From: Octopus vulgaris
Lineage: Eukaryota
Direction of reading: 5' to 3'
Length of the DNA: 64,000 nt
Assembly (NCBI GenBank): GCA_951406725.2
Contig: OX597832.1
Location: 248,001-312,000, forward strand
Part shown: one piece after another, positions 36,790 through 49,218 of the stretch
How positions within the stretch are numbered: position 1 is the first letter of the stretch
Layout: every line of letters begins with the position of its first letter
Position numbers and translations under genes: made by a program
Notes under the pieces: model-generated
What the model was told of the DNA's origin: nothing
What the model saw: the letters and a program-made list of their open reading frames with translations, nothing else
Databases searched by the model: none

Positions 36790-38206
36790 AGTTATGAGTG
36801 TGTTGTATATTCTTTCATGGTATTATAACAATTTTTCACTGTGATTACTTAACATCACTTCCATTATTTTAATGATCATTAAAATAATGTGTCATAGAAT
36901 AAGGTGTCGGAAGAATAAGGTGGATGAGAAATTTTTTTCCCAACCAAGCTCTTTGATCTCCTGTGATGTGATCTTTGCAGTGTAGGGTCACGCATTGTCC
37001 TGATGAAACATCACTCCTTTTCGATTCACTAAAGCAGGTCATTTTTTTCTTCAAAGCTTGGTTCAAGCACTCTAATTGCTGACAGTAGACTTGAGCATTG
37101 ATTGTTGCATTAGGTGCTAACAATTCAAAGTGAATTACTCCTTTGCAATCCCACCAGATAGAGGGAAGAACATTTTTTCCATGAAGTTCCCTTCTCGGTT
37201 GTGGTTAAACTTTTTCCCTTTTACTAAGTCACTGTTTATGACATTTAACATTTTGATAGAAGACCCGTTTTCGTCCCCAGTCACAAGTCTATCCAAAAAG
37301 GGCAAAATGAGTTCACAAGATTGGAGAGAAGAGCAGTTGTCAACTCAGGATTTGTGGTTGCTTTCGGACAATTTATGAGGCACCTATTTTCCAAGTTTAG
37401 GAACCTTTCCAAGTTGCTGAAGATGACAATGAACAGTTGTATGGTTTGAACTAAGCTTTATTACCAATTCTTCAACTGATAATGCAGGATTTTCTTCAAG
37501 TAATGTCTCAAGGAGCTTATCATCAAACTCAACTGGACATCCTGTTCAATCTTCATCTTCAAGGCTGAAATCTTCACTTCTGAATTTTGCAAACCATCTT
37601 CTGTTAGTTCTTTCATTCAAGCATTCTTTCCCATAAACTGAGTGTATGTTCTGAGTCGCTTCGGCTGCAGAGTTTCTTTTTTTGTACTCATAAAGCATTA
37701 CGTGCCTTAAATGATCTTTGGATACTTCCATGTTAGAAAGGGTTTTAATCAAAGAAATTTTAATTCTATTATTTTGTAAAATGCATAAAAATAATTTTTA
37801 ATTCCATTAGACATTCTAAAATACTATTAAATTTAATTCAATTTTAAAAAAGGTAAAATCACACAATCAAATGAATGATAACAGAGATGAATAATTAAAT
37901 AAAAGAATGAGAACATTACTTCATTGCTGTTGTGTCTGGGGAGAGTCATTTTCTTTTTGTGCCTTATAATGTAACACACTCACCGGTAAAATTTCCAATT
38001 ATTTCTTATTTTTATTTTCCTAAAATTTTCGTTGCGTCTTTTTAGGAAAATAAAAATAAGAAATAAGTGGAAATTTTACCGGTGAGTGTGTTACATTATA
38101 AGGCACAAAAAGAAAATGACTCTCCCCAGACAACAGAATATGAACTCATATAAAGAATCTTGCAAACCAAATCCAAAACGAAATTACTTCATTGCAAAAA
38201 CCCATA
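36790..38206 (-). mobile_element. Decayed mariner, with a palindromic element inserted in its 5' end
   Basis: MEVSKDHLRHVMLYEY...AAEA...RRWFAKFRSEDFSLED, TINAQVYCQQL. Confidence 0.85.
37928..38182. mobile_element. Fold-back insertion (~100-bp near-perfect palindrome plus 45-bp tail) with 13-bp TSD
   Basis: Arms ~37928-38025 and ~38040-38137. TSD ATTACTTCATTGC at 37915-37927 and 38183-38195. The loop holds half of the hammerhead-like motif seen at 26798. Confidence 0.9.
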
Positions 38207-38674
38207 ATCATCAGCTGAAACATAATTTGAAAAACAAAAGAATATCCTAAGAATACAGCCTCAACAGACTTCAGCCATGTCCCTGCTGTATTCTTGACAT
38301 ATTCTTTTGTTTTTAAAATTATGTTTTGTCTGGTGATTACAGTTTTTTTGCAATGAAGTAATGTTCTCATTCTATTTAAAAGATGTGTAAGAAACAGCTG
38401 TAATGAACTGACAATTATCCATTGTTTGTTATTATTGATTTGATTATAATATACCATTAGAATTTATGACACATCGGACACCCTGGAGTATACCAACAAC
38501 ATATAATTTAGGCACTAAATACTCATAGGCTTGGTTTTCTCTGTGTACACAACTGGAATATCCTATTTGATATTTATCAACCATAGGCGGTGACCACAGG
38601 TTTATCCAACCCTACCTGTTGCATATCTTTTCAAATACCTGATTCTATCTGAATCTTTATATATATATATACAT

Positions 38675-39449
38675 ATAGGAGAGGGAAAATTATAAAAAGG
38701 CAGAATGCAAAATTGAAGGTAAATTTAAAAAATGGGTGTATGGAAAATTAACAAAATAATAACTCAAACCGGTTTCATGGCAAAACAAATTTTCAAGATT
38801 TTGAAAGGGAAAAAAAAGAAATTTACAATGTTTTTTTCAAAAAAATAATAATAAAGATATACAAAAATTAAAAAATAAGTATACCGATACATTGTAGAGT
38901 CATGTTTTTTGAGTTCAATAATAGTCCTTGGAAAAATTTCTTTGGAGGATTAAGATCCATGTGATTAAGCATGGTGCTTAGTTTAAAATGTTTGGTAAAA
39001 GAGTGTCAAAACAGGAAATGGGGTAGGAGTTATCCAGTTCCTATGAGTAAGGGGAGACAACTCTGTGGATTTTAAGCTCTTCAATTGGGATGATGGACTT
39101 TTTGTCAAACAGGATGCTTATATTCATTTTTTGTCAGATAGGATGTTAGAAAAAGGAGTATGGTCATCGTGGAGTTTGCATATTAAGATGCGTTTGGAAT
39201 TTTTCAATAAAAAGATTCTCCTTATTGATTCTTTCTTGTGTAGTGATTCCATCTTTACATTGGTAGAAGGGGAATATGTGAAATTTAGGATTTTTGCCTC
39301 TAGCGCATGAGCCTATGTGGCTACTTAGTGGAATTTGACGGTATTCTGGGAGATTTATCGGTTGTTGTTATTTTGTTAATTTTGTTAATTTTTATTAAAA
39401 TTTACCTTGAATTTAGCATTCTGACTTTTTATAATTTTTCCTCTCCTAT
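38675..39449 (-). mobile_element. PLE 3' fragment (GIY-YIG C-terminus) with inverted terminal repeat
   Basis: Minus frame 39358-39164 reads INLPEYRQIPLSSHIGSCARGKNPKFHIFPFYQC...ERINKENLFIEKFQTHLN. 38675-38763 is inverted at 39364-39449. Confidence 0.75.
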
Positions 39450-39584
39450 CATTTCTCCACGTGCGGTCAACACATCCCCACCATTTATTCATTTATAATA
39501 ATAATAATAATAATAATATGGGAATATTATTCCCAACTTACTGGGAAAAATTCAGTTTAGAAATACTAAATCAAATTTCACAAA

Positions 39585-39649
<65 letters not shown>

Positions 39650-39780
39650 TATATTTAAACACATAAGGAATCCACTTATCGGGATTGTACATGCTAGAAA
39701 GAACAGCTAGGTTCTATAACCACAAAAGTTAGGGATAAAATTCGACAGGAATAAATTTAGAAATGAAAAACATTTACCAT

Positions 39781-39871
39781 CTAGGTTCCTGGACCAATTG
39801 GTTTCTGATCTTATTTTAGCGAGTCAAGGAGAACTCACTAGGTTTGATCTTCCTCAGCAGTTCCAACCTAG
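39781..39871 (-). ncRNA. Type I hammerhead ribozyme, intact core
   Basis: Minus strand: CUAGGUU..CUG-CUGAGGA-A-GAUC...(UAGUGAGUU/GACUCGCUA)...GAUC-A-GAAA-CC-AAUU-G-GUC|CAG.AACCUAG. Stems I, II and III all pair; the base of stem II is an A-A mismatch. Confidence 0.8.
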
Positions 39872-40084
39872 GGTTAAACGTATACACACGGGACAATCAA
39901 AACTACTTGTCTCGTGTTTATACGTTCTAACATTTTCAAAATTTATTGCGCAGATGCAGTCCTTTGCTGGCCATAATAATGTGTTTAAATATACACTATA
40001 TTGTATGACTAATATATAGTCTTTTTGACTAAATTTTTTTACACGTTAGACCACTGGAAATATAAATTTTAATTAATTTCCATT

Positions 40085-41952
40085 AGAAAAAAACACCCTT
40101 TATCAATTCAATAATGAAAAAAATAAATTATACCATTTAGAAAAATTACACCTTAGAGAAAGATAAAACATATACTAATGATTAAGCAATGTGCAAAATA
40201 ATGAATAAAACGTATATACTTGGTAGAATAACTACACATGTTTCGTGGCTCTATTTAAGAAATGATAATAGTAAAATCATTTCAATATAAATATAGTCAC
40301 TCTTCAGGTTAAAGATAAAAACAATAAAATAATTAATTAGATAAATTAATAAATATATGTATATAATCTTGTAAAATATGAAATATCTTAACAAGTATAT
40401 TCTTATTTAAATAAAAAATAGAATAAAATGGTATAAATATTTATTATATCTACAAAAGTAAAATTTTGACATATACAAGAAAAGAATAATAAACTATATA
40501 ATTATTATTAGGAAATAAAATACAATTAATTAAAATATTTAAAACATGTATATATATATATATATATAAAATACAAAATATACATTAAGTGAAAATTAAA
40601 TACTATAATTTAATCTATATACATTAAAATAAATTATTAATTATTTTATTTATTTAATAAACATCTAAATAAAATCTTATACTCATTAAGTAATTTATAT
40701 TAAAAATCTTAATGTTAAGTAATATACATAATGCTAGTACAAGCTATAAATATTAGAATTAAAATTAGGAAACGGTTCAAATATATACACACCTATTATA
40801 TAAACTAACTATATTGATATATATGTAGTATCTATAGATTTAAAATTTTACTGAATTATATAGTTGACCAAAATATCAATTAACATTAAACTTATTTACT
40901 CAAATGTAATACTACGTAATAAATATACCACCTAACTATTAAATAATATGTCTTACAAAACTATTTCTCAAATTAAATTATATGTAATACGTTAAATCAC
41001 ATTATAAAAATAATAATAAACATAATAAATAAATATATATACATATCATAACTCATAATTATCAATAAATTATATATAAATTAATATTTTAACAACAATA
41101 ATAATAATAATCAAACATGATACAATTCAAAAGTTAAATAATATTATTAAATAAAAAACGTTACTTAGCTTGTTGACGAATATTATATAACTGAATTTTA
41201 AATGTAAAAATGTAGGTCTTAGCGTTTATAAGAAATTAAATTCATGAAGACGTTATGTAAAAAAATAGAATAAAATTATCAATGAAAATGATGAAAAATA
41301 TTTATTAATGAAAAAGACAAAAAATATTTAAGCTTCAAGAATTAAAAATAGAATAACAAAAGAACTATAAATGACTATTTACTATAAATTAAATACCAAA
41401 TAATTATTACATAAAATATAAATCATATCTACAAGAAATAAATAACATAAAAAGAAATAAGGTTTTATATATACAAAAAAATTAGCTAAATGTACCATAT
41501 AGGTAAATAAATTTATGTTAGTATTTAATTTTAAATGACTATTTACTAAAGTCCAAATAATTAATAAATAAAATATATAAATTAATTTATATTACTATAA
41601 TTAATATATCTTAATAAATATATATAATCATTTATTTATTAGCTAAACCTATTATATAGGTAATTTAATTTGCTTACATTTAATTTTATGTTCCTCTAAT
41701 GAATGAATTTTTCCAACACATAATTGTTATTAAATGATATTTTTTTTAATTCATTATTACACAATGAACAATAATTACTCCCTATACAATATGATTTAGC
41801 CCTACAAATAATCTCATTGTGTAATAATGAATTTTGCACATTACTTAATCATTGGTATATGTTTTATCTTATATTTAATCTTTCTATAAGATGTAATTTT
41901 TCTAAATGGTATAACTTAATTTTTTCATTATTGAATTGATAAAAGGTTTTTT

Positions 41953-41957
<5 letters not shown>
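40085..41957. mobile_element. Very AT-rich non-coding element bounded by ~120-bp inverted repeats, carrying the 40229 hammerhead
   Basis: 40085-40198 is mirrored at 41832-41957. A related terminal piece occurs at 55470-55623. Confidence 0.7.
40229..40311 (-). ncRNA. Type I hammerhead ribozyme, minimal stem III, long stem II
   Basis: Minus strand: UAAC-CUGAAGA-GUGACU...AGCCAC-GAAAC-AUGU-GUA|GUUA. Stem II extends through UAUUUA/UAAAUA and GAAAUGAU/AUCAUUUC. Confidence 0.8.
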
Positions 41958-41985
<28 letters not shown>

Positions 41986-41986
<1 letters not shown>

Positions 41987-42811
41987 GAGGTGGTATGAAA
42001 ATGTTCCCAGACTAGGTCTGTAGCACACCAACATAGTTGTGTGAGCAGTGAGAGCTAGCAGTGACCTTCATGAGGCAGTATGCTGAGTGACATTGTTCTG
42101 TTTGCTTCACAAGTTTTGAAATTTGTTTTTGTGATCATGTGTATGCTGTAGTCTGTGATTTTGTCATGGACAGGAACAAAGAACCCATGTGAAAGTTTGC
42201 ATTAAACTTAAGAAGTTTGTTTCAGGGACATTTTCAGCAGGTTTACAGCAATGACACAATGGATTGTATGTAATGTTTCAAGTGGTACAGGTGCTTCAAA
42301 AGTGAAAGAACATCCCTGGAAGACAATGAGCAATCTGGAAGTCATGCCATGAGAATCACTTCCAGATGTGTGATACTGTGCATTGAGAATTCGTCCCTCA
42401 GGGCCAGACTGTCAATTGAGAGTTCTACTGCAACATTTTGAAACGTTTAAGGAAGGATATTTGGTGATAGCAACAGGATCTGTGGAGCATGAAGAACTGG
42501 ATTCTTCATGGCAACCATGTTACCAAGCTCTACTTATGAGTTTTTTGTCAAAACAACATAGTGTCACTTCTGCACCTGTCCTTTCCACTAGATTTAGCAC
42601 CTGTGGACTTCCAACTTTTTCCCAAGATGAAAATTCAGCTCAAGGGTTGCCATTCTAAGGTCCTCAACTTGCTTATGGAAAATTACCTCGAGGCTGGACT
42701 CCAAAAGTGGTAAGAATGCTGGGACCAAGGTAACTATTTTGAAGATGATGCTAAAAACTTAGGTTATTTTATTAAGCATAACTAATCCAGGAACATTTTG
42801 ATTCCACCTTA
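41986..42811 (+). mobile_element. Internally deleted mariner relic
   Basis: TA-CGAGGTGGTATGAAAATGTTCC ... GGAACATTTTGATTCCACCTT-ATA termini; degenerate GQTVN..FY and DLAP.DF.LFPKMK.QLKG. Confidence 0.75.
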
Positions 42812-42812
42812 T

Positions 42813-43192
42813 ATGGGAAGCACTCCGTCGGTTACGACGATGAAGTTTCCTGTTGATCCGAATCATTGGAACAGCCTGCTCGTGAAATTAACGTGTAAGT
42901 GGCTGAGCACTCCACAGACACGTGCACCCTTAATGTAGTTCTCAGGGATATTCAGCGTGACACAGAGAGTGACAAGGCCGGCCCTTTGAAATACAGGTAC
43001 AACAGAAACAGGAAGTGAGAGAAAGTTGAGGCGAAAGAGTACAACAGGGGTCGCCACCCCTCCCTGCCAGAGCCTCGTGGAGCTTTAGGTGTTTTCGCTC
43101 AATAAACACACACAACGCCCGGTTTGGGAATCGAAACCGCGATCCTCCGACCGCGAGTCCGCTGCCCTAACCACTGGGCCATTGCGCCTCCA
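42813..43192 (-). mobile_element. tRNA(Arg)-like SINE, near full length
   Basis: Head GGAGGCGCAATGGCCCAGTGGTTAGGGCAGCGGACTCGCGGTCGGAGGATCGCGGTTTCGATTCCC; CpG-rich, so young. Confidence 0.85.
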
Positions 43193-43201
43193 CCTTGTAT
43201 A

Positions 43202-43664
43202 TCTATAATAATAAAAGTGAAATTCTGTCTGTCCGTCTGGGACCCTGTATCTCAGTCTACATTTACTCTACATTATAACTTTTTGGAATCAGGATGGTCC
43301 CGGAATTGAAAATCTGCCCTTCATTTGGTTCTTGAATATCCAGCATTGGGACCTGATTTAAAAGTATCTGGGTTGCTATTCTAGCAGGTAAAGCTTGGCT
43401 GATTCACGCCATCTTGGTTGACATTTGTCAGATAACATCAGAAAGCATTTGCTTATCAAGAAAAGAACGTAGGGACAGATTGGTCAACAGTTAGAATTCA
43501 AATTGGGACTGGAACAATAGAATGATTGCATTACAGAATTAATTCTCATTTGTCCTTAATCTCTGACCAAACACCACCAGGGCATATAGTCATTATAGAC
43601 ATGTTATTTAGTTCTCTGTAGTTTGGGGCCACAAACCCTCTGCAAGAGCTAGCTTTTAAGCTAG
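43202..43664 (+). mobile_element. Non-autonomous Helitron-like element
   Basis: A|TCTATAATAATAAAAG...TCTGTCTGTCC 5' end and CTAG|T 3' end; no TSD. Confidence 0.6.
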
Positions 43665-43769
43665 TGTATACATATATATATGTATATAAAGCATTGTGTA
43701 GTTTTCAAACTCCTAGAAAGAGAGATGACTCTGTTGTACGTATGATGTAAAGAGCAAGATTCATGTTAC

Positions 43770-45275
43770 CTTCTTGTACCTGATGTACCTGCTATAAAGG
43801 ATGGCACTTGAGTGCTATGAAGGATGACACTGGTTTATCTGCTGTATACAGAGTTACACTGATGTACCTAGTATATACAGTGTGTGCCTACTTTGTAAAG
43901 AGTGACACTGGTGTACCTGCTGTATTCAGGGTAACACTAGTATACTCAGTATATAGAGGGTAATACTCATGTGCCCATTTTCAGGGTGACATTGGTGTAC
44001 CTGCTGTATATAGAGTGACACAGTACACCTAGTATATACAGGGTGACACTGATGTACTTCTATACAGGTTGAAACTGATGTACCTGCTGTATACAGTGAT
44101 ACTGGGGTGTTTGATATACAAAAGGTGACTTTAACCCCTTTGCATTCACAGTACTTTGTCAAATGTAATGCTTATTTATTCAAATTGTTTTGAATTAATC
44201 ATGCATTATCTCATAGCGTCAAGATTTCAATGGTGTGAATGTTTATTTTTAGAATGAGATTGTAAGGTAGGTGTGAGAACTTGGGTCTGGCTGGTTTTAA
44301 TACTAAACAGGTAGAATATTTGGGCCAGATATGGCCAGTTTAAATGCTAAAGGGTTAAAATACAACACAGGTGCACATGAAGTATACAGGGTGACAACTG
44401 GTGTACCTAGTGTATACAGGAGAGTACCAATGTATTTACTATTTATATAGGGTGACAATTGTTATATACAGAATGACATGTAAATGCTATATGTAGGGTG
44501 ACACTGATGTACATGTTATACACTGGATGACTTTGGAATATTCACTATATGTGAGTTGATACTGATCTACATGTTATATACAGGATGGTTCTTGTGTACC
44601 TGCATTATACTGAACCATCTGCTACTCACAGTATAACACAGATGTGCCTTTTATATACAATGGTGGTCCTACTATATACAAATAGTGACAAATGTATGGT
44701 ATGTCAGCTATATACAGGGTAACATTGGTGTACCTGCTATGTACATGTGACACTGGTGTACTGATTGTATATGCAGGTGGTATCGATGTTCAATCTTTAG
44801 AAGTGTGACATTGGTGTACCTAGTATATACAGAGTAACACTGGTGTACCTACTTTATTCAAAATGATGCTGGTGTATGTGCTTTATGCAATATGTTACTA
44901 GTGTATCTGTTGTATACTGAGTGTGCGTAGTATATATATAAGTTGACACTAGTATGCCTGTTATATACAGAGGACTCTTGTGCACCTACCATACATCTGG
45001 TGATCTGCTGGGTTACAAACAGTGCACCTGCTATATGTAGATGTTGACACTGGTGTAGTTGTAGTTTGTGTGATAATGATGTATCTGTTATATATTGGGT
45101 GACTGGTGTAACAACTGATCTATCTGCTTTATTTAGAGTTTCACTGGAGTATCTGCTATATAGAAGGTGACACCTGTATAATACTTTATAAAGTGGAAGA
45201 CTGGTATGCCTCTCTTTATAGGTGAAGAGTAATATATCTGCTATAGTCAAGATGACTTGTGTACCTGCTGTTTAC
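43770..45275. repeat. Degenerate ~29-30-bp minisatellite (GTGACACTGGTGTACCTGCTGTATACAGG-like)
   Basis: Dozens of diverged copies of the unit are visible. Confidence 0.85.
44135..44354. mobile_element. piggyBac-like MITE inserted in the minisatellite
   Basis: TTAA|CCCCTTTGCATT ... AATGCTAAAGGG|TTAA. Confidence 0.8.
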
Positions 45276-45284
45276 TACCTATTG

Positions 45285-46368
45285 ATGTGTGTGGGTGTAA
45301 TCTGAGTGATCATGTATATGATCAGTTGGTGTCATCTATAAGTGTATGATCTATGGGAGTGAACTAAGGATGTGAACTGTGAGATGGATTTGTGGGTAAG
45401 ATCTATGTGTGATCTCTTGATGTTATCCATACTTAGGATGTCTGTGTAAGATCTGTGTGTATGATCAATGGGTTTGATCTATGGATTCCATGTATGGGTA
45501 TGGCATGTGGGTATGATCAGTTGATATATTATATGGGGGTAGTCTGTGGTTGTTATCTATGGTTGTAGCCTGTGGGTGTGATTAGTGAACCTGGAATAAG
45601 GTTGTGACCTGTGAGGATAATCTGTAGGTGGGATTTGTGTATGTGACCTGTGGTGGCATTCTATAGATATGGTCTGTGGGTGTGATGTGTGAGTATGCTC
45701 TGTAGTTCTGATCTGTGTTGTGTGTATAATCTGTGTATGGGTGTGATCTGTATCTATGTGATACTTAGGTGTAATATTGGTGTGAACAATGGGTGTGATG
45801 TGTGCTTGATATACAGGTTTGATTTATGGGGTGATCTATGTGTTTGATGTGTGTGTCTCATCTATAAGTATTATCTGTGGGGTGATGTGTTTGAGTGAAC
45901 TGTGGATGCAACCTTTGTATGTGATTGGTGTTTGTGATATATTATCTATGGATGTGATCTTTGTGTGATCTAAAGGTGTGAGTGTATGTGATTCATGTTT
46001 GTAATGAGTGCATGTATTCTCTGTGTGTGAGATCTATAGGTGTGATCTATGGATGTGATCTGTGTGAGTAGTCTCTGGATGTGTAATCTAGGCTTGAGCA
46101 ATGGCTGTTGAAAGACATCTGTGTGCATTATGTGAGTGTGAGATCTGTGTGTGGAACCTGGTGGGTATAATCTACGGGTGTTATCTGGGTGTGATCAATA
46201 ATTTTAATCTTTAACATTTTAACTATGGGTATGATCTATTCATCTGATCCATATGCATGGTCTTTGGATGTTATCAGTGTGTGTGATCTATTGGTATGCT
46301 CTATAGTTATGTGTTGTGGTTGTGATTTATGGGTGTGATCTTTAGATTTCTTTTGTTGGTGTGGTCTG
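45285..46368. repeat. Degenerate ~13-bp GT-rich minisatellite (GTGTGATCTATGG-like)
   Basis: Recurring GTGATCT(A/G)TG(G/T)GT units. Confidence 0.8.
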
Positions 46369-47012
46369 TGAGGGTCAGATGAAAAGTTCATAGGCTGACC
46401 AAGATACTCTCGTCGAATGTGACCAAAGGAGGTTTAGTTTTCAACAAAATTCTCCTTGCAGTCTGCACACTTCTTCCATCAGTATTGCAGTGCATGAATC
46501 CCATTGGTGAAGAAGCTTTCATTTTGTTGGTCAAAAAATATCAACTGCAGACAAGACATCATCCTCACTGCAATACTGGTTTCCAGCCAAGTGATTTTTC
46601 ATGTTAGATAACAGATGATAGTCAGATGGACCCAAATCAGGAGAATATGGAAGATAATCAATCAGTTCAAAGCTACAATCATGCACAGCACCCATTGAAA
46701 CCTAGCATTTGTGTACTGGAACATTGTCCTAATGAAGCAAGATCCCTTTCATCAGTTTCCTAGGCATTTGGTCTTGATAGCCTTTTGATAACTATCTCAG
46801 CAATTTGGCATAGTACTTCATTGATGGTGTGGCTCTTTTGAAGATAGTCAATAAATACAATGCCTTTTACATCCCCCAAAAAAACAAGGTCATCGCTTTC
46901 CCTGCAGATGAAAAAAACCTGGGCCTTCTTTGGAGTAGGTGAGGAGGGCTGTTTCCACTGCCTGAATTGTCTCTTTGTCTCTGACTCAAAGCAAAGAAGC
47001 CAAAGCTCATCC
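46369..47012 (-). mobile_element. Mariner relic (3' half)
   Basis: ESETKRQFRQWKQPSSPTPKKA, GIVFIDYLQKSHTIN; terminus GAGGGTCAGATGAAAAGTTC. Confidence 0.8.
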
Positions 47013-47969
47013 TCTGTAGTTAAGACATTTGCTTCACCACTACCTGGCTTTAAGTTCAGTCCCACTGCTCAGCAGCTTTTGTTACCATTGCTTCTGGTTT
47101 TCAAAAGTCTTCTTAGTCTCAAACCAGACTGTGTGAAAAACTATCAGGTGTTACACTTAATTCATGATCTGGGTGTTATTAGGGAAGCCCATTCTGTTGC
47201 AAGCATTTCTGGACTAAGCATAACATCTTCCCACCCTCCCACACACTTCAGAACCCCCTAAGAGGGTCTTAGATGTTACTCTTTTCTCTCTAATTAAACC
47301 ATTAATTATCTTGTGTGCAATTAAAAATATTCAACTGGAATTGAAACCGAATTACTGATTTTAATTGTTTAGGATTTAACACCACTCTGTAACACTTGTA
47401 CATATTATTAGGTATGTGTGTATGTATATGTATATATGTACATACAAGAAGAGGAGGAAGGGTATTTTATAAAAAAAAACATTAAAAGACTATCAAAATG
47501 TACTGGCATCATGAAATAGCAAAATAACAGAAAGTTGTCTAAACTGAAAATCTTTAAAAGTATCAAAGGTGATTTGTAAAGGACAAAGGTCAGGGTATTG
47601 TGAATAGTTGATTTACTTGCTATGATGTTTTGACAGGTGAGTCATAGATGTAAAATATCTTGTGCATTCTGATCACCTGTGGAGGCATGTTCTGCATGAG
47701 TATGTGTATTTCTGTTTTATATATATGTGGATGATGATGATGATGCATATATTATCAGTTGCACATATATAGTGTATGTGTTTTGTTTATATGTCAAATT
47801 TGCAAGATAGCATCCAGGGAAAGCTCCCTACATGACAACAAGTGTTAAAGAACTTCAAGTTGTCACAAACCAGGTGAGACAACTCACCTTGGATCACCAA
47901 GAATGGTACATACTGATATTTCATCATTATTATGGCTTATGTACTCAGACCATCTCTAAATAAAGTGAA

Positions 47970-48667
47970 TCACTGGTCTGCAACTTGTATTCAAATAGAG
48001 TGAAATCTATTTGCTGACATGTTGTGGCATAGCACATGTGAAAGAAAATTAAATTACAAATTAAAAGCATCTCTAATAATGTAAACATTATTCTTTTCTA
48101 CTGTAGACACAAAGCTCGAAATTTTTGGGGAGGGGGCCAGTCGATTAGATTAACCCCAGTATGCAACTAATACTTGATTTATCGACCCCGAAAGGATGAA
48201 AGGCAGAGTTGACCTCTGCGGAATTTGAACTCAGAACACAAAGACAGATGAAATACCACCAAGCATTTCATCCGGCATGCTAATGTTTCTGCCAGCTTGT
48301 TGCCTTATAATGTAAACATTATTGGTTGCACATACATAGCATATGAATTTTGTTCATATGCTAAATTTTCTTCAAGATAGCATCCAGAGAAAGCACCCTA
48401 TATGATGCCAAGTTGTCTCTCTTGATCTGTAACAATTTGATGCTCTTTAACATTTGGCGTGGTGTAAGGAGCTTTCCCTGGATGCTATCCCAAAGCAAAT
48501 TTTGGCATATGAACAAGACACATATGCTATGTATGTGTGACCAATAAATGTTTACATTATTAGAGCTGCTTTTAATTTGTATTTTAATTTTCTTTCACGT
48601 GTGTTACAATAAAGCATATCAGTAAAGAGACTCATTCTATTGGCATATTATGTCGCAGACCAGTGAT
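47970..48667. repeat. Old fold-back element whose left arm is split by a SINE
   Basis: 47970-48092 plus 48307-48410 is the imperfect reverse complement of ~48450-48667. A further partial copy lies at 47765-47868. Confidence 0.8.
48093..48306 (-). mobile_element. tRNA-derived SINE with 17-bp TSD (older relatives at 6405-6570 and 6595-6790)
   Basis: TSD ATAATGTAAACATTATT at 48076-48092 and 48307-48323; B box GAGTTCAAATTCC; core GCCTTTCATCCTTTCGGGGTCGATAAAT. Confidence 0.85.
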
Positions 48668-48755
48668 ACAGTTCCTTTTGAGATAATCTGCCAGACCTGA
48701 AATATCATGCCCTCTCTCCTTAGTTTGGTGTATTTTTGTACTCTATCTAAATCTG

Positions 48756-48797
<42 letters not shown>

Positions 48798-48921
48798 CAA
48801 TAGTATTAAGGAATGACCCTGACAGGCCGTTTCAACTCACTTGAAAGAGCAGCTAAAATCAAACTGCAAAATAGTAGTAATTCTGAAACTAAAGGAGAAA
48901 TAAAAACATTTATCTCCTTCA

Positions 48922-49017
48922 ACTTTGTACTATGCGTAGTTTCGACGTTTTTACGTAATCGAATTTAATTAAATTAAATTAAATCCGTTTACGATTGGCT
49001 TGTCTCATCAGCAAAGT
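48922..49017 (-). ncRNA. Type I hammerhead ribozyme, canonical and intact
   Basis: Minus strand: ACUUUG-CUGAUGA-GAC...GUC-GAAA-CUA-CGCA-UAG-UA|CAAAGU. Has a 6-bp stem I, a 4-bp stem III and a long stem II (CGUAA/UUACG, CGGAUUUAAUU/AAUUAAAUUCG). Confidence 0.9.
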
Positions 49018-49218
49018 AGCCAAGGAAAAGGAAAATATATACACACGAGGCAGCACCATCGAAGCCTCGAGTTTATATATTCTAAATTTTCGAAATCCAC
49101 CGTAACCGCGCCATCTACTCAGCAGCAAATATAAACTGCTGATACAATTTCAGAATTAATCAAAAAATCATTAATTAATCAATTAATATATATATATATA
49201 TATATATCTATATATATA

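Noticed and set aside
38761-38917. Hammerhead in the 38675 PLE terminal repeat
   Set aside because: Stem I (AACUC/GAGUU) and GAAAC-CGGU remain, but the CUGANGA box is replaced by an A run. Not called as a feature; used only as weak supporting evidence.
40320-41740. Mitochondrial control-region NUMT
   Set aside because: No mitochondrial tRNA, rRNA or protein remnants were recognised; the region is bounded by repeat-family inverted ends.
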